A stretch of 64,000 nucleotides of DNA, taken from assembly GCA_963708075.1 (NCBI GenBank), contig OY970194.1, forward strand, positions 3,680,001-3,744,000, read 5' to 3'. This stretch comes from Sedimentisphaerales bacterium (GTDB lineage: Bacteria; Planctomycetota; Phycisphaerae; Sedimentisphaerales; Anaerobacaceae). A program made the position numbers and the translations under genes. This document shows positions 47,387-59,032 of this stretch, in pieces (the stretch's first letter is position 1; every line of letters begins with the position of its first letter). The notes below the pieces were generated by a model that was not told where the DNA came from, did no database searches, and saw only the letters and a program-made list of their open reading frames with translations.

Positions 47387-49084
47387 ATGAGAAAGATGAG
47401 CGTCTCCAGACGTGGATTTCTCAAACAGACAATGGCGTGGGGTTCGGCCTTGACGTTGGGGACATGGGCGTCTGCGGAGGGCGCCCGGAGCCGGGAATCG
47501 ACCGGCAGCCGACGAACACAGAAGCCCAACGTGCTGGTGATCGTGGCCGATGATATGGGGTACTCGGACGCGGGCTGTTACGGTGGCGAGATCCAGACGC
47601 CCAACCTCGACCGGCTGGCGGCCAGTGGCATCCGATTCACGCAGTGCTATTCCACTGGTCGGTGCTGGCCTTCGCGGACGTCACTACTGACCGGGTATTA
47701 TCCCCAGCAGGTCCGCATGGACCCGCCGCAGGGACGGCTACCCGCCTGGACCCGTGTTGTGCCGCATTATCTCAAGCCACTCGGATACCGGTGCTACCAT
47801 TCCGGCAAATGGCACCTGATGGGCGCCCCCAAGCCTGTCGCAGACGGCGGCTTCGACCACTCCTACGTTCTGCACGACCACAACCGGTATTTTGCGCCAA
47901 AGAACCATGAACTGGACGACCGGCCACTGCCTCCTGTGGAGGAAGGGTCGGACTTCTACGTCACGACGGCTATCGCGAACTATGCCGTCGACTTCCTGAA
48001 AGGCCACGCGGCCGACCATCGGGATGAGCCATTCTATTGCTACCTGGCCTTCACCTCGCCGCACTTCCCACTCCATGCCCTGCAGGAGGACATCGCGAGG
48101 TATAAGCAGCGGTACAGTGAGGGTTGGGACGTCATTCGTGAGCGGCGATGGAAGCGGATGCGCGAGATGGGCTTAGTCAACTGTGGCTTGTCGCCGCTGG
48201 AGTCCGACGTGATTCCGGGTTGGAACCTTCCCAAGGAGAAGCTGCGCGAAATGGTCGGGCCGGGCGAGGTGGACCGGGCCGTCGCATGGAAGGACCTGAC
48301 GGACGAGCAGCGGAGCTTTCAGGCGACCAAGATGGCGATCCATGCGGCCATGATCGACCGGATGGACCGCGAGATCGGACGAGTGCTCGAACAGGTCACG
48401 GCCATGGGCGCCGATGAGAACACCGTGATCCTGTTCGTGTCGGACAACGGCGCCAGCGCGGAGCAGATCATCCGCGGCGACAATCACGATCCGGCTGCCG
48501 CGCCGGGTTCAGGACGCTCCTACCTGTGTCTCGGGCCGGGTTGGTCCAGCGCCGCCAACTCGCCCTTCCGCCTGCACAAGTCCTGGGTGCATGAGGGCGG
48601 CATCTCATCACCGCTGATCGTTCACTGGCCCGCGGGGATCGCCGCACGCGGGGAGCTGCGGCACAATCCATGCCATTTCACCGACATCCTGCCGACTGTC
48701 CTGAGCCTGACGGGAGGCTCTGATTTCTCGCCCAAATGGAATGGTGAGGCCGCCCCGCCCCTCCCGGGCACGAGCCTCGTGCCCGCGTTTGTAAAGGATG
48801 GGACCGTTGCACACGAATTTCTCTACTTCCACCACATGACCAATCGCGCGATCCGCGTGGGCGACTGGAAGTTGGTGGCCAAGGGAGACAAAGGCCCGTG
48901 GGAACTCTATGACTTGATGGCGGACCGATGCGAATCAAAGAATCTGGCGGAGCAACATCCGGACAAGGTCGCTGAGATGTCCGCGTTATGGCAAAAATGC
49001 GAGGATCAGTTCAGACAGCAGGCAGGACCGCCGCCCCAGGAGAAAGGGCAAGGCCAGAAGCAGCGAGCTAAAACCGGTCAATGA
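47387..49084 (+). CDS. Arylsulfatase (S1, Cys-type formylglycine), Tat signal
   Basis: SRRGFL; ADDMG, CWPSR, GKWH, PHFPLHA, SDNG. Confidence 0.93.
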   Translation: MRKMSVSRRGFLKQTMAWGSALTLGTWASAEGARSRESTGSRRTQKPNVLVIVADDMGYSDAGCYGGEIQTPNLDRLAASGIRFTQCYSTGRCWPSRTSLLTGYYPQQVRMDPPQGRLPAWTRVVPHYLKPLGYRCYHSGKWHLMGAPKPVADGGFDHSYVLHDHNRYFAPKNHELDDRPLPPVEEGSDFYVTTAIANYAVDFLKGHAADHRDEPFYCYLAFTSPHFPLHALQEDIARYKQRYSEGWDVIRERRWKRMREMGLVNCGLSPLESDVIPGWNLPKEKLREMVGPGEVDRAVAWKDLTDEQRSFQATKMAIHAAMIDRMDREIGRVLEQVTAMGADENTVILFVSDNGASAEQIIRGDNHDPAAAPGSGRSYLCLGPGWSSAANSPFRLHKSWVHEGGISSPLIVHWPAGIAARGELRHNPCHFTDILPTVLSLTGGSDFSPKWNGEAAPPLPGTSLVPAFVKDGTVAHEFLYFHHMTNRAIRVGDWKLVAKGDKGPWELYDLMADRCESKNLAEQHPDKVAEMSALWQKCEDQFRQQAGPPPQEKGQGQKQRAKTGQ

Positions 49085-50111
49085 CGGTGATTCCCACGGA
49101 GCCGAACTGACCCATCTTCGACAGCTCGCTTGGCGCATCCTCCAGTGGCACAGTCTTGCCGATCATAGCCTGGGGATCCAACTTGCCGGAGACGATCATC
49201 GCGAGCATCTCGCCGTACTTGCTCGCCTGCATCCCGTGGCTTCCGCAGATTTCAAGCTCCCAGCCAATCACCCTATGCATCGGGATTCGAGGCAGATAAT
49301 CGTCGCCCGCCAGCAGTCCGACCTGCACGTGGCGGCCTCGCTTGCGCAGGCAGAGAATGGAATTGGCGCAGGTCGCCACACTGCCGAGCGCATCTACCGA
49401 CACGTCCGCGCCGCGTCCCGTCACATCGCGGATCGCGCCAGGGACATCGGCATTCTCCTTCGCGTTGATCGCCACGGCCGCGCCGAGCGTCTTGGCGAGA
49501 GTAAGAACCCTGGCATCGATATCGACGCCGATCACCTGAGCCCCCAAAGCACGGGCAATCATAATAACCGACAGGCCGACGCCGCCGCAGCCGTGGACAG
49601 CTACCCACTGGCCGGGCGCGACCCGGCCCTGCGCCACGACGGCGCGATAGGACGTGGCAAACCGGCATCCGAGACTCGCGGCCGTGACGAAATCCAGCTC
49701 CTCCGGCAGGCGGACAAGGTTCACATCGGCGTATCGAATCGCAACGTATTGCGCGAACGAGCCCCAGCCGGTGAAGCCCGGCTGGAACTGATGGTCGCAC
49801 ACTTGGTGATTCCCTGAAGCACATTCAGGGCACGTCCCGCACGCACAGACGAACGGCACCGTGACCCGATCCCCGCGTTTCCAACGAGTGACGCTCTTTC
49901 CAGTTTCCTCGACGACTCCCGCCAGCTCGTGCCCCGGCACGTGCGGGAGCCTCGTAATATCCGGGTCGTGCCCCAGCCAGCCGTGCCAATCGCTGCGACA
50001 AATCCCGCTCGCCTCGACTTTGATGACAACGCCGTCGTCCGCCACGACAGGATCAGCTACCCGCGCGACCGTCAGCGGACCACCAAACTTCTGGAAAACC
50101 ACTGCCTTCAT
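49068..50111 (-). CDS. Zinc-dependent alcohol dehydrogenase family protein
   Basis: GICRSD, GHE, CGTCPEC..C, GCGGVG. Confidence 0.92.
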   Translation of the reverse strand: MKAVVFQKFGGPLTVARVADPVVADDGVVIKVEASGICRSDWHGWLGHDPDITRLPHVPGHELAGVVEETGKSVTRWKRGDRVTVPFVCACGTCPECASGNHQVCDHQFQPGFTGWGSFAQYVAIRYADVNLVRLPEELDFVTAASLGCRFATSYRAVVAQGRVAPGQWVAVHGCGGVGLSVIMIARALGAQVIGVDIDARVLTLAKTLGAAVAINAKENADVPGAIRDVTGRGADVSVDALGSVATCANSILCLRKRGRHVQVGLLAGDDYLPRIPMHRVIGWELEICGSHGMQASKYGEMLAMIVSGKLDPQAMIGKTVPLEDAPSELSKMGQFGSVGITVIDRF

Positions 50112-50241
50112 GCCTGATCTCCATGCAACCGGGATGCCCGACGGTATGCGAGACAATGCACGTTTGTCAAGGCCCCCCTCGTTCAACTGTTCTACCCCCT
50201 GTATACTACCGTCGGTCAGAGAAGATGAAAGGGAACCGATC

Positions 50242-53200
50242 ATGAGAACAGGTTGGTGGCTTGTCCTGCTATTTGCGACGCTGGCTGTCGGCGCGGAAAT
50301 GGAACCCTTGCTGGTCATCGAGCCGGGCCCGGGAAATCCGCGTAATTCCGAAGGGGACATCGTCGAGCTCAAGGATGGGCGGCTATGCCTGATCTACAGC
50401 CGCTTCACTGGCGGGGGCGGCGATGACGCCGCGGCGGATCTGGCCATGCGAATCTCCCAGGATCAGGGCAAGACCTGGAGCGATGACAGAATCATCGTCC
50501 CTCGCGCCGACGGGCTGAACGTCATGTCCGTGTCGCTTCTTCGTCTGACCGGCGGCGAAATTGCCCTGTTCTACCTGCGCAAGACCTCGAAAGAGGATTG
50601 CCGGCCGATGATTTGCCTTTCGACCGACGAGACCCAGACTTGGAGCGAGCCGGCCGTCTGCATCACGGATGAAGTGGGTTACTATGTTCTGAACAACGAT
50701 CGCGCCGTCCAGTTGCGCAGCGGCCGGCTGATCCTGCCCGTGGCCTGGCATCAAGGCCCGGGCCGCGAGCGGGACACAGCCGGCGTGATCATGTGCTACC
50801 TCTCCGATGACAACGGCAAGACCTGGCGGCGCAGCAAGGACTCGTTCAAAGGCTACTCCCCCGATGGAAAGCGTATTATCGTGCAGGAGCCGGGTGTGGT
50901 CGAGCTCAAGGACGGACGATTGATGATGTACATGCGGACCAACGCGGGCAGTCAGTACGTCTGTCACTCGGCCGATGGCGCCGAGACCTGGTCCAAACCG
51001 GGGCCGTCGAGTCTGGCCTCGCCTTTGAGTCCCGCGTCCATCGAGCGCATTCCGTGGACAGGCGACCTGCTCTGCGTGTGGAACGATCATTCCGGCGTGC
51101 ACCCATTTCCCGCCGGCCGTAGGACGCCGCTGTGCATGGCGATCAGCAAAGACGAAGGCAAGACCTGGAGCCAATCGAAGATCCTTGAGGATAATCCTGA
51201 TGGCTGGTACTGCTACACAGCGATCACGTTCGTAAAGGACCACGTACTCCTGGCCTACTGTGCCGGCGACAAGACGATCGGCGGCCTGAATCGACTCAAG
51301 GTCGCCGCTATGTCCAAAGACTCGCTCACTTCAGTACACGCACCTGACATCCTGTGCGGTTGGGAGTTCGATTCCGAGCAGGATGTGCAGGTCTGGCGGC
51401 CGAACGCACATTTGGCAAATGTGACGACGACCAACGGCGTCGTGCAAGCGCGGGCGGTGGACTCGGACCCGTTTCTCCTCTGTCGTGACGTCACCGTCAA
51501 CGCCACGCCGCACCAGTACGTCGTCATCAGGATGAAAGCAAGCCAGCCAGGCATCGCGGAACTGTTCTGGTCGGGCCGGCTTGAAGGCCAGTATGGCGGG
51601 TTGACTGAGGCAAAGAAGCTGCGATTCTCCGTGCAAGGCGAATCTCGCTGGCAGGAGATCGTGCTGTTTCCCTTCTGGCATATGGAGGGAACAATCCGTC
51701 AGTTTCGCCTGGACCTGTATGAGGGCGCGGACTTCGAGATCGACTGGATTCACATCAGTCAATGGGGCGAGGGCAAGATCGAGAGCAGCACTGGCTCATG
51801 GAGCTTCGACGGGGACGCGAGCAAGTGGCAAATCCACCCGGCGGCATCCGAGCTCTTCGCCCCGCCGATGGAGCTGGATGTGAGCGACAAGAAATGGGTC
51901 AGTCTTGAACTCGCCGGCGACCGAGACGCCGTGGCCAGTATTCTGTGGGCCGGCGCAGACCTGCCGGGCTTACAGAGCGAGGAGTTCACTATCCGCGGCG
52001 ATGGTAAGGTACACATGTACAATCTTCGGATGGACAATCCCCGCACCTGGCAGCACAAGCTTTGCGCCTTTGGCATTCGATTGCCCGAGGACGCGAAGAT
52101 CCGGCTCCAGCGTATCCAAATCGGCAGTGACCCGGCAGGACCGGGTGAACTGGAAGTCAAGTACTTCGGTTTTGAGAACGGCGTGAATCGCGCGGGCAGG
52201 CCATGCAGGGTGCTCGCCCAGCTCGCCGGCAGCGGCGGTACAACCAATGGGATTCGCCAAGTCCAACTGCACGCTCCCGAGGGACTGAAAATCATTTCCG
52301 AGCCGGAGAAAATGGGACACCCGGGCATCAAGCATGGTGAGGTCGCACGTTTTGTCTGGGAGGTCATGGCCGAGAAGCCGGGCGTCTATCCGGTCCGTCT
52401 TTCGTTCAGCGGCAAAGGGGAGTTCCCACAGGATCAGAGTGCTTCCCTGGAATTCACGGCAGCCCCGGCGGTTCCCCGGGCAAGGTACGTTCCTGAACCC
52501 CGGCCTGTGAAGACGGATATCGAGGTATGTGCCTTCTACTTTCCCGGCTGGGAATCCGACGCCAAGTGGGACTGCATTCGTGGGATCGCGCCGAACCGCA
52601 AGCCCCTGCTCGGCTATTACGATGAGTCGAATCCCGAATGTGTCGATTGGCAGATCAAGTGGGCCGTCGAGAATGGCATCTCGTGCTTCCTCGTGGATTG
52701 GTACTGGGTCCAAGGGCGCCAGCAGCTCACCCACTGGTTCGAAGCGTATCGCAAGGCGAAGTACCGGGATATGCTGAGAGTGGCTATCATGTGGGCCAAC
52801 CATAACCCGCCCGGGACGCACTCTGTCGACGACTGGCTTCAGATCACAGGCCATTGGATCACCGCGTACTTTCCCCTGCCTGGCTACTATCGCATCGATG
52901 GTAAGCCCGCCGTCTTCCTCTGGGACCCCAAAGGCCTCCGCACCGACCTCGGCGGCTCTAAGGCGGTGCGCGAGGCTTTTGAGAAGTCGCAGAAGATGGC
53001 TCGCGATGCGGGTTTCGGGGGAATCACCCCGGTCGCCCTTGGCTATGACTTCTCCCGAAGCCACATCCGTACGTTGAAGGACGAAGGTTACTCCGGCGTC
53101 ACGACTTACCACGAGTGGGGATCGCAAATTGACGGACAGGTGAGCCGGAAGCTCTTTCGCTATGAAGACGTCGTGCGGGACAGCCCTGATGCCTGGAAGC

Positions 53201-53574
53201 AGAAGAACGAGGCAGCCGATGGTCTCATGTACTATCCCCTAGTCGATACCGGCTGGGATAGTCGGCCCTGGCATGGGCACAAGGCCATGGTGGTTCAAGG
53301 ACGGACACCGAAGCTGTTCGAGGAGCTTCTTCAACAGGCCAGATCGTTCTGCGGGCAGCATAACAAAACGATGGTCATCCTCGGCCCCCTCAATGAATGG
53401 GGAGAGGGCAGCTACATCGAGCCGTGTACAGAATTCGGCTTCGAGATGATGGAGGCTGTACGAAGCGCCTTCGCGGCAGAGCCTGCCGGTAACTGGCCGG
53501 TCAATATCGCTCCGGCGGACGTGGGCCTCGGTCCCTATGACTTCCCGCCGTCACCTGTACCAGTCGATCCATGA
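50242..53574 (+). CDS. Secreted multidomain protein: BNR/sialidase-like propeller, beta-sandwich modules, GH99-like domain
   Basis: Asp-boxes [33 protein letters not shown]-terminal [27 protein letters not shown]. Confidence 0.82.
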   Translation: MRTGWWLVLLFATLAVGAEMEPLLVIEPGPGNPRNSEGDIVELKDGRLCLIYSRFTGGGGDDAAADLAMRISQDQGKTWSDDRIIVPRADGLNVMSVSLLRLTGGEIALFYLRKTSKEDCRPMICLSTDETQTWSEPAVCITDEVGYYVLNNDRAVQLRSGRLILPVAWHQGPGRERDTAGVIMCYLSDDNGKTWRRSKDSFKGYSPDGKRIIVQEPGVVELKDGRLMMYMRTNAGSQYVCHSADGAETWSKPGPSSLASPLSPASIERIPWTGDLLCVWNDHSGVHPFPAGRRTPLCMAISKDEGKTWSQSKILEDNPDGWYCYTAITFVKDHVLLAYCAGDKTIGGLNRLKVAAMSKDSLTSVHAPDILCGWEFDSEQDVQVWRPNAHLANVTTTNGVVQARAVDSDPFLLCRDVTVNATPHQYVVIRMKASQPGIAELFWSGRLEGQYGGLTEAKKLRFSVQGESRWQEIVLFPFWHMEGTIRQFRLDLYEGADFEIDWIHISQWGEGKIESSTGSWSFDGDASKWQIHPAASELFAPPMELDVSDKKWVSLELAGDRDAVASILWAGADLPGLQSEEFTIRGDGKVHMYNLRMDNPRTWQHKLCAFGIRLPEDAKIRLQRIQIGSDPAGPGELEVKYFGFENGVNRAGRPCRVLAQLAGSGGTTNGIRQVQLHAPEGLKIISEPEKMGHPGIKHGEVARFVWEVMAEKPGVYPVRLSFSGKGEFPQDQSASLEFTAAPAVPRARYVPEPRPVKTDIEVCAFYFPGWESDAKWDCIRGIAPNRKPLLGYYDESNPECVDWQIKWAVENGISCFLVDWYWVQGRQQLTHWFEAYRKAKYRDMLRVAIMWANHNPPGTHSVDDWLQITGHWITAYFPLPGYYRIDGKPAVFLWDPKGLRTDLGGSKAVREAFEKSQKMARDAGFGGITPVALGYDFSRSHIRTLKDEGYSGVTTYHEWGSQIDGQVSRKLFRYEDVVRDSPDAWKQKNEAADGLMYYPLVDTGWDSRPWHGHKAMVVQGRTPKLFEELLQQARSFCGQHNKTMVILGPLNEWGEGSYIEPCTEFGFEMMEAVRSAFAAEPAGNWPVNIAPADVGLGPYDFPPSPVPVDP

Positions 53575-54786
53575 GATGGTGCATTCGGCCCGCAGCAGTT
53601 CGATGGCCTTCGGCAGAAACGTGACGCGCACTTCGTCGCCGATGATTTCAAATCTCAGATACGCATCGGTCTTGATCGTCGGCACGGCCACCCATTCCTC
53701 GGAGCAGCCGATCTTTCTGAAGTACGTCATACTGACATCGGGATTGAATGGCTCGCCGCTCAGCTTCGCATAAGGACCGATCAGCGTGAGATTCTCCAGC
53801 ATCGGCGGCATCTCGGGCGAAGTCTGAATCGCCAGGATAAGTTCGCACAGCGGCCTGTCCGCCTTCACACGTAGTTTCACGGAGGCGATGTCCCCAGCGA
53901 TGTGATAGCCAGGCAGGTTCGGATCGTATCCTTCATGCCCCTGCGACCACGATGCTTTTTTGCCAAGAGTCAATTCGAAGGGTTCCCCATTGACATCTTC
54001 GATACATGAACAGGGCTCCCAGCCGGCGATGCGGGCCATGAGATACCAGAATGCCGATGCCACGCGGACCCGTCCGGTCGGATTCAGATGCCCGGCATGA
54101 ATCTCCTTCGTGTAATTGGCACTGATGATTTCGTTGCCGCTCGCGTTCATCAATTTCGTGCCATCGGCCTCGTGGCATTCGATGTCCGCGACATCGAAGA
54201 GGACCTTGCCATGTGCAGCGCAGTAGGAGCGCATCTGCGCGTTGAACGAGTCCGTCCCGGCTTGGCCGTCTCGCGTGAGCGGGATGGTCCACCAGACGAA
54301 TACCTTGCCGGGATAGTCCACCTCCAGCTTCTCCATCCGGCTGCGAAAGTACTCCCAATCCGGATGGCTATCGCCGAGGGCATCGATGTAGCAGAACTTC
54401 ATCATGAAGACGTCGAAGTCATCCAGCCGGGTGGCTGTCTGCGTCACCAGGTCGTCTATCTTATCCCGCCAGTTGCCCATGCGGGCCTCGAAGACCCAGT
54501 TGTTTGGATCATACTTGCCCGCGGGAAGACAGGAACAGGCCGAATTCGTTGGATGTTCGCCCGCGAGGCAGTCCAGGCCCCAGATAATACCCTGCCCCAC
54601 CGACGCATGCCTCACCAGGACCCGCAGCGATGCCGCAGGCGGTAAGTTACTGTCGGGGATAGCGAACACATCCACGCAATTGTGATCGATGATGATGGCG
54701 CCGGTCCCGGAACCAGCCACAGAGGCCACGAATAGGAACACCAGGGCCATGGCTTCGAGCCAGATATTGTTCGTCGCTCTTCGCAT
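53551..54786 (-). CDS. Hypothetical secreted protein, possible SGNH-like N-terminal domain
   Basis: Signal peptide; HASVG, MMKFCYID, WTIPL, LFDVADIE, GHLN. Confidence 0.6.
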   Translation of the reverse strand: MRRATNNIWLEAMALVFLFVASVAGSGTGAIIIDHNCVDVFAIPDSNLPPAASLRVLVRHASVGQGIIWGLDCLAGEHPTNSACSCLPAGKYDPNNWVFEARMGNWRDKIDDLVTQTATRLDDFDVFMMKFCYIDALGDSHPDWEYFRSRMEKLEVDYPGKVFVWWTIPLTRDGQAGTDSFNAQMRSYCAAHGKVLFDVADIECHEADGTKLMNASGNEIISANYTKEIHAGHLNPTGRVRVASAFWYLMARIAGWEPCSCIEDVNGEPFELTLGKKASWSQGHEGYDPNLPGYHIAGDIASVKLRVKADRPLCELILAIQTSPEMPPMLENLTLIGPYAKLSGEPFNPDVSMTYFRKIGCSEEWVAVPTIKTDAYLRFEIIGDEVRVTFLPKAIELLRAECTISWIDWYR

Positions 54787-54951
54787 GCCATCCTCCATCA
54801 TTCAGGGATATCGATCAATCCATCATAGCATAAATGCCCTACGAATGCTACAGAGCAAGACACAACACGTCGCGGATGGGCCATTGTGACCTGCGGCGTC
54901 GAAGGCTATATTAGCCGGAGCCCGAAATCGGTTGTTCCGGAGATTGACGCC

Positions 54952-56799
54952 ATGAAGAGGAATGTCTGCCGCAGCATCTTGTGCCACATCCTTCCGATAG
55001 CGATTCTGAACGCGATCTGTATTGCCGCCCAGCCGGCCACGTCGCCGGAAGGCATCCCAGCCCACCAGGAAAAACAAATCCGTGCCGCAGTGCCGGACAA
55101 GGCCCGTGTCGTGCCTGCGAAGCCGCGGCGGGTCCTGATCTGGAGCACACCATCACACCTCGCGGACAAGGACCCTCATAAGGGCTACTGCGTACCTTAC
55201 GGGGCTTGTGCGATGCGGATACTCGGCGAGAAGACCGGTGCCTTCGAGCCGGTGCTCAGTGGGGACATCGCTCAATTCCTTCCGGAGAACATCCGCCAAT
55301 TCGACGCCATCGTGATGAATAATAGCTGCGGCTCGTGGATCACGCCAAGTGACGCAGCGATGGAGAAACTGAAGAGCCACGGCGAGACGAAGGAAGCCGT
55401 GGAAAGAGTGCTCCGCCAGAGCCTGCTCGATTATGTCTCCGATGGCGGCGGGATCGTCGCGTATCACTATGCCATCGGCGCCAATGCCCATTGGCCCGAG
55501 TTCCGCCGGCTTCTCGGGGCCACGTTCATCGGCCACCCGTGGAACGAGGACGTGGCCGTGCTGGTCGAGGAGCCGGACCATCCGCTCCTTGCCACGTTCG
55601 GCGGCAAGGACTTCCGAATCGCCGACGAGATCTTCCACTTCGGGCCACCCTACGACCGCAGGGACCTGCGTGTCCTCCTTTCGCTCGATACCGAGCGCAC
55701 GAACATGGGCGTCAAGTGGATTGAGCGCGAGGACAACGACTTCGCTCAGGCGTGGGTGAAGTCCGTCGGCAAAGGCCGCGTCTTCTACACAGGCTTCGGC
55801 CACAGGACCGAGATCTGGTGGAACCCGACGATTCTCCAGTTCTACCTCGACGCGATTCAGTTCGCTGTGGGAGACCTGAAAGCACCCATGGAGCCACGCA
55901 ACTCTCAGCCGGTCCATCGCGCGCCAGGCCCTACTCCGCCGGAGGCGCGAGCGGCCAGGATGCAGGCTCGCCAGGTCGCCACGCCGAGCGAAGAACAGAT
56001 TCGAGACATCGAAGCGGCAGCGCCGCAAACCGCCCCGGCCAAGCCCACCAAGCCCCGCAAGGTGCTCGTCTGGGGACACCCCTGGACTCACACGCCGAAC
56101 CCGTTTGCAGAGAAGACCTTACAGGCCCTCGGCAAAAAGACTGGAGCATTCCAAGCCACTATTAGCGACGATCCAAGGCTCCTGCTGGGCGACCGCCTGC
56201 CGAAGTTCGATGCGCTCGCGCTCAACAACATTCATGAGCCGCAGCCCTTCCTGCCGGAGGGGTTCAACAAGCTCGATCCCGAGCAGCAGAAGGCGGCGAA
56301 GCAATTCGACCGGGCCGTCAAGGAGAGCATTATCGAGTACGTCCGCAGCGGCAAGGGCCTTGTCGGCATCCACGCCGCCACGGCAGCATTCCAAGACTGG
56401 CCCGAGTACGGCCCATTGATGGGCGGCCTCTACGAGAGCCACATCCTGCAGGAAGTGACGATCAAGCTCGACGACCCGGCCCACCCCGTCAATGCCTGCT
56501 TCGAGAACAAGCCCTTCACGATCCGCGACGAGGTGTACATCTTTCGCGCGTACGCCCGTAGCAACTTGCGCGTCCTTGCCAGTCTCGATCTGAGCCGAAT
56601 GGCAGACCCGGGCAAGCGTCCCGACAAGGACTACGCCGTCTCCTGGGTCCGGGCGGAAGGTCAGGGCCGGGTCTTCTACACCACTCTCGGCCACGAGCCG
56701 GAGGTCTACTGGAACCCCGTCTTCCTGCAACACCTGCTCGCCGGTATCCAATTCGCCCTCGGCGACCTCGCTGGAGAAACGGCCCCGATTGACAAGTGA
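54952..56799 (+). CDS. Secreted protein with two tandem ThuA-like domains
   Basis: Two repeats of P..A...PAKPR.VL.W, G.G.V..H.A, HP, DE, GRVFYT..GH, IQFA.GDL. Confidence 0.87.
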   Translation: MKRNVCRSILCHILPIAILNAICIAAQPATSPEGIPAHQEKQIRAAVPDKARVVPAKPRRVLIWSTPSHLADKDPHKGYCVPYGACAMRILGEKTGAFEPVLSGDIAQFLPENIRQFDAIVMNNSCGSWITPSDAAMEKLKSHGETKEAVERVLRQSLLDYVSDGGGIVAYHYAIGANAHWPEFRRLLGATFIGHPWNEDVAVLVEEPDHPLLATFGGKDFRIADEIFHFGPPYDRRDLRVLLSLDTERTNMGVKWIEREDNDFAQAWVKSVGKGRVFYTGFGHRTEIWWNPTILQFYLDAIQFAVGDLKAPMEPRNSQPVHRAPGPTPPEARAARMQARQVATPSEEQIRDIEAAAPQTAPAKPTKPRKVLVWGHPWTHTPNPFAEKTLQALGKKTGAFQATISDDPRLLLGDRLPKFDALALNNIHEPQPFLPEGFNKLDPEQQKAAKQFDRAVKESIIEYVRSGKGLVGIHAATAAFQDWPEYGPLMGGLYESHILQEVTIKLDDPAHPVNACFENKPFTIRDEVYIFRAYARSNLRVLASLDLSRMADPGKRPDKDYAVSWVRAEGQGRVFYTTLGHEPEVYWNPVFLQHLLAGIQFALGDLAGETAPIDK

Positions 56800-56995
56800 A
56801 TCCCGGCCGTACAATCGTGAAATGCAGCCTTTTCGCTGTTGCGCAAGACGGTATTCGTAGCCTGCCCGTACATCTTCAGGAAAATCCCCGGCGTTTTTTC
56901 GTGGTGTATGCCGGACTATAGCCTCGCCTGCTGCGTACCGTACGCGTGAGCTACGGCGATGTAGCTGGTACTTCTGCACGATCAAGGATATACGA

Positions 56996-57535
56996 ATGCG
57001 GCGACACTGGTTTCGGGGACGGTGGTCTGACAGGGTCAGGCAGCTCACACACGGCGAACTGGCTCACAAAGCGTTCTGGATCGGCATCATTTTCAAGACG
57101 GTCAATGCCGTCCTGGAAGTAGCGGGCGGTATCGTTCTGCTCAGTATCAGCAGGCAATCAATTGTGAATCTTGTGTACACGATTTTCCAGCACGAGCTGA
57201 TCCAGGACCCAAACGATATGCTTGCGAATTTCCTGCTCCGCGAGGCGGAGGACCTTTCCGCCGGCATGAAGCTGTTCGCGATCATCTACCTCTTGACTCA
57301 CGGACTGATCAAGCTGGTCCTGGTGGGGGCGATCTGGCAAAGCAGGCTCTGGGCCTATCCGCTGGCGGGCGTCGTCTTCTCCCTTTTTGTCATCTACCAG
57401 ATGTATCGTTTTGTGAATACCTACTCGATTGTCATGCTGCTGTTGACGATCATCGATTTGATCATCATCGCCCTGCTGTTTCCTGAATACGACCGCGTGA
57501 AAGAGGAAATCGCGCACCGTAACGGGCACACTTGA
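56996..57535 (+). CDS. DUF2127-like membrane protein
   Basis: FK...AVLEVAGG, EL..DP.D, YLLTHGLIKL, WAYP, YQMY; several TM helices. Confidence 0.78.
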   Translation: MRRHWFRGRWSDRVRQLTHGELAHKAFWIGIIFKTVNAVLEVAGGIVLLSISRQSIVNLVYTIFQHELIQDPNDMLANFLLREAEDLSAGMKLFAIIYLLTHGLIKLVLVGAIWQSRLWAYPLAGVVFSLFVIYQMYRFVNTYSIVMLLLTIIDLIIIALLFPEYDRVKEEIAHRNGHT

Positions 57536-57559
57536 TGGCACACCCGGGCCTGCAACCGC

Positions 57560-59017
57560 TTAGTTCGCCAGGCCGAAGAGGTTTAGGCTGAGGCTGTTGA
57601 GGAATCCCCAGCCGATGAAGAGAACCAGCAGGCCTGCGGCACAGACGGTCAGCACAACGGCAGTGAAGCCGGGGACACACACCGGGACCAAGTCACTTTC
57701 ATTGAAGTACATCGCTCGCGCAATGCGCATGTAGTAGAAGAGGCTGAATAGAGTATTCGCCAGGACGGCAGCCACCAGGAAAGTGAGATGATGCTGCCAG
57801 AGGGCGGACAGCAGAATCCACTTGACGGCGAAACCGGCCAGCGGCGGCAGACCCACCAGGGAGAACAGGAAGAACGCCATGACGGCGGCGAGCCGAGGAT
57901 TGCGGCTGCCCAAGCCCGTGAAATTCTCGATGCGATCCGTGCCGCTTTGTGTTTCCACGAGGCCCGTCACGCTGAACGCTCCAAGGTTCATCAGCAGGTA
58001 CACCAAGACGTAAGCCACGATGGCGGCCATGCCGGCGGCAGTGGAGAAGACCAGGACGCCGCAGACGATGTAGCCCGCGTGGGCGATGGAGGAGTAGGCC
58101 AGCAGTCGCTTGACGCTGGTCTGCCAATATGCGGAGAGATTCGCCAAGGTCATCGTGACCACCGCGACGGCGGACACAGCGAGGACCATGCGGTTCTGCA
58201 TATCCGTCGTGAGGGAAGGCAGCAGAAGATGGACGAACCGGGCGAGCGCGAGCAGAGCGGCCGATTTCGACGCGACGCTCAGCCACGCCGCTACGTCGGC
58301 CCCGGCGGCCTCGAAGGCATCCGGGCACCAGAAGTGCATCGGAACCAGCGAAATCTTGAAGGCCAGGCCGATGAACATGCAGACCAGGGCGGCTACCGCC
58401 AGCGCGGAGACGCCGTTTGCCGCCAGTTGTTTGGCGATCTGGTCCCACTGGAAGCTGCCCGTCACGCCGTAAAGCAGCGAGATACCGTAGATCATGAGGG
58501 CGGAGCAGACCGCGCCGAAGATGACATACTTGGCGGCGCCCTCTGCGGATTTCTTATTGAAGCGACGAAAGCCCACAAGGACATAAGACGGCAGCGAGGC
58601 CATTTCAAAAGCGATTGCAAAGAAGAGCAGGTGCCGCGAGGAGGCCAGCAGAATCATCCCGATCAGGCTGCCTACGAGCATGCACAGGAACACCGGCCAC
58701 TCCCAGACGGGCTTACGCCACAGAGAAGCGGCCAGAAGCAGAACGCCGAAGAGAAAGGCGCTCAAGAAGATGATCACGAACCGATACAGCGGATCAAAGA
58801 ACAAGTAGCTGGACAACCAACCGCCCGCTTGCGGATTCAGCCGCGAGGCGGACACTATCGCGACGCCCAAGCCAGCCAGCGCCACTACCAGCAGGCCGCG
58901 ACGCCCGGACGTCTTTCGGCCAAGCATGGCGCCAATGAGGATCGCGCCCAGAGTGCCGATCAGGGCCAGCACGGGCCAGATATTGCGAAGACTCTCAATC
59001 GTCAATCCATCCGTCAA
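57560..59017 (-). CDS. nuoN: NADH-quinone oxidoreductase subunit N
   Basis: EMASLPSY, EGAAKY, FKISLVPMHFWCPD, KRLLAYSSIAH, GLPPLAGF. Confidence 0.95.
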   Translation of the reverse strand: MTDGLTIESLRNIWPVLALIGTLGAILIGAMLGRKTSGRRGLLVVALAGLGVAIVSASRLNPQAGGWLSSYLFFDPLYRFVIIFLSAFLFGVLLLAASLWRKPVWEWPVFLCMLVGSLIGMILLASSRHLLFFAIAFEMASLPSYVLVGFRRFNKKSAEGAAKYVIFGAVCSALMIYGISLLYGVTGSFQWDQIAKQLAANGVSALAVAALVCMFIGLAFKISLVPMHFWCPDAFEAAGADVAAWLSVASKSAALLALARFVHLLLPSLTTDMQNRMVLAVSAVAVVTMTLANLSAYWQTSVKRLLAYSSIAHAGYIVCGVLVFSTAAGMAAIVAYVLVYLLMNLGAFSVTGLVETQSGTDRIENFTGLGSRNPRLAAVMAFFLFSLVGLPPLAGFAVKWILLSALWQHHLTFLVAAVLANTLFSLFYYMRIARAMYFNESDLVPVCVPGFTAVVLTVCAAGLLVLFIGWGFLNSLSLNLFGLAN

Positions 59018-59032
59018 ACGAACAACCTCCGG

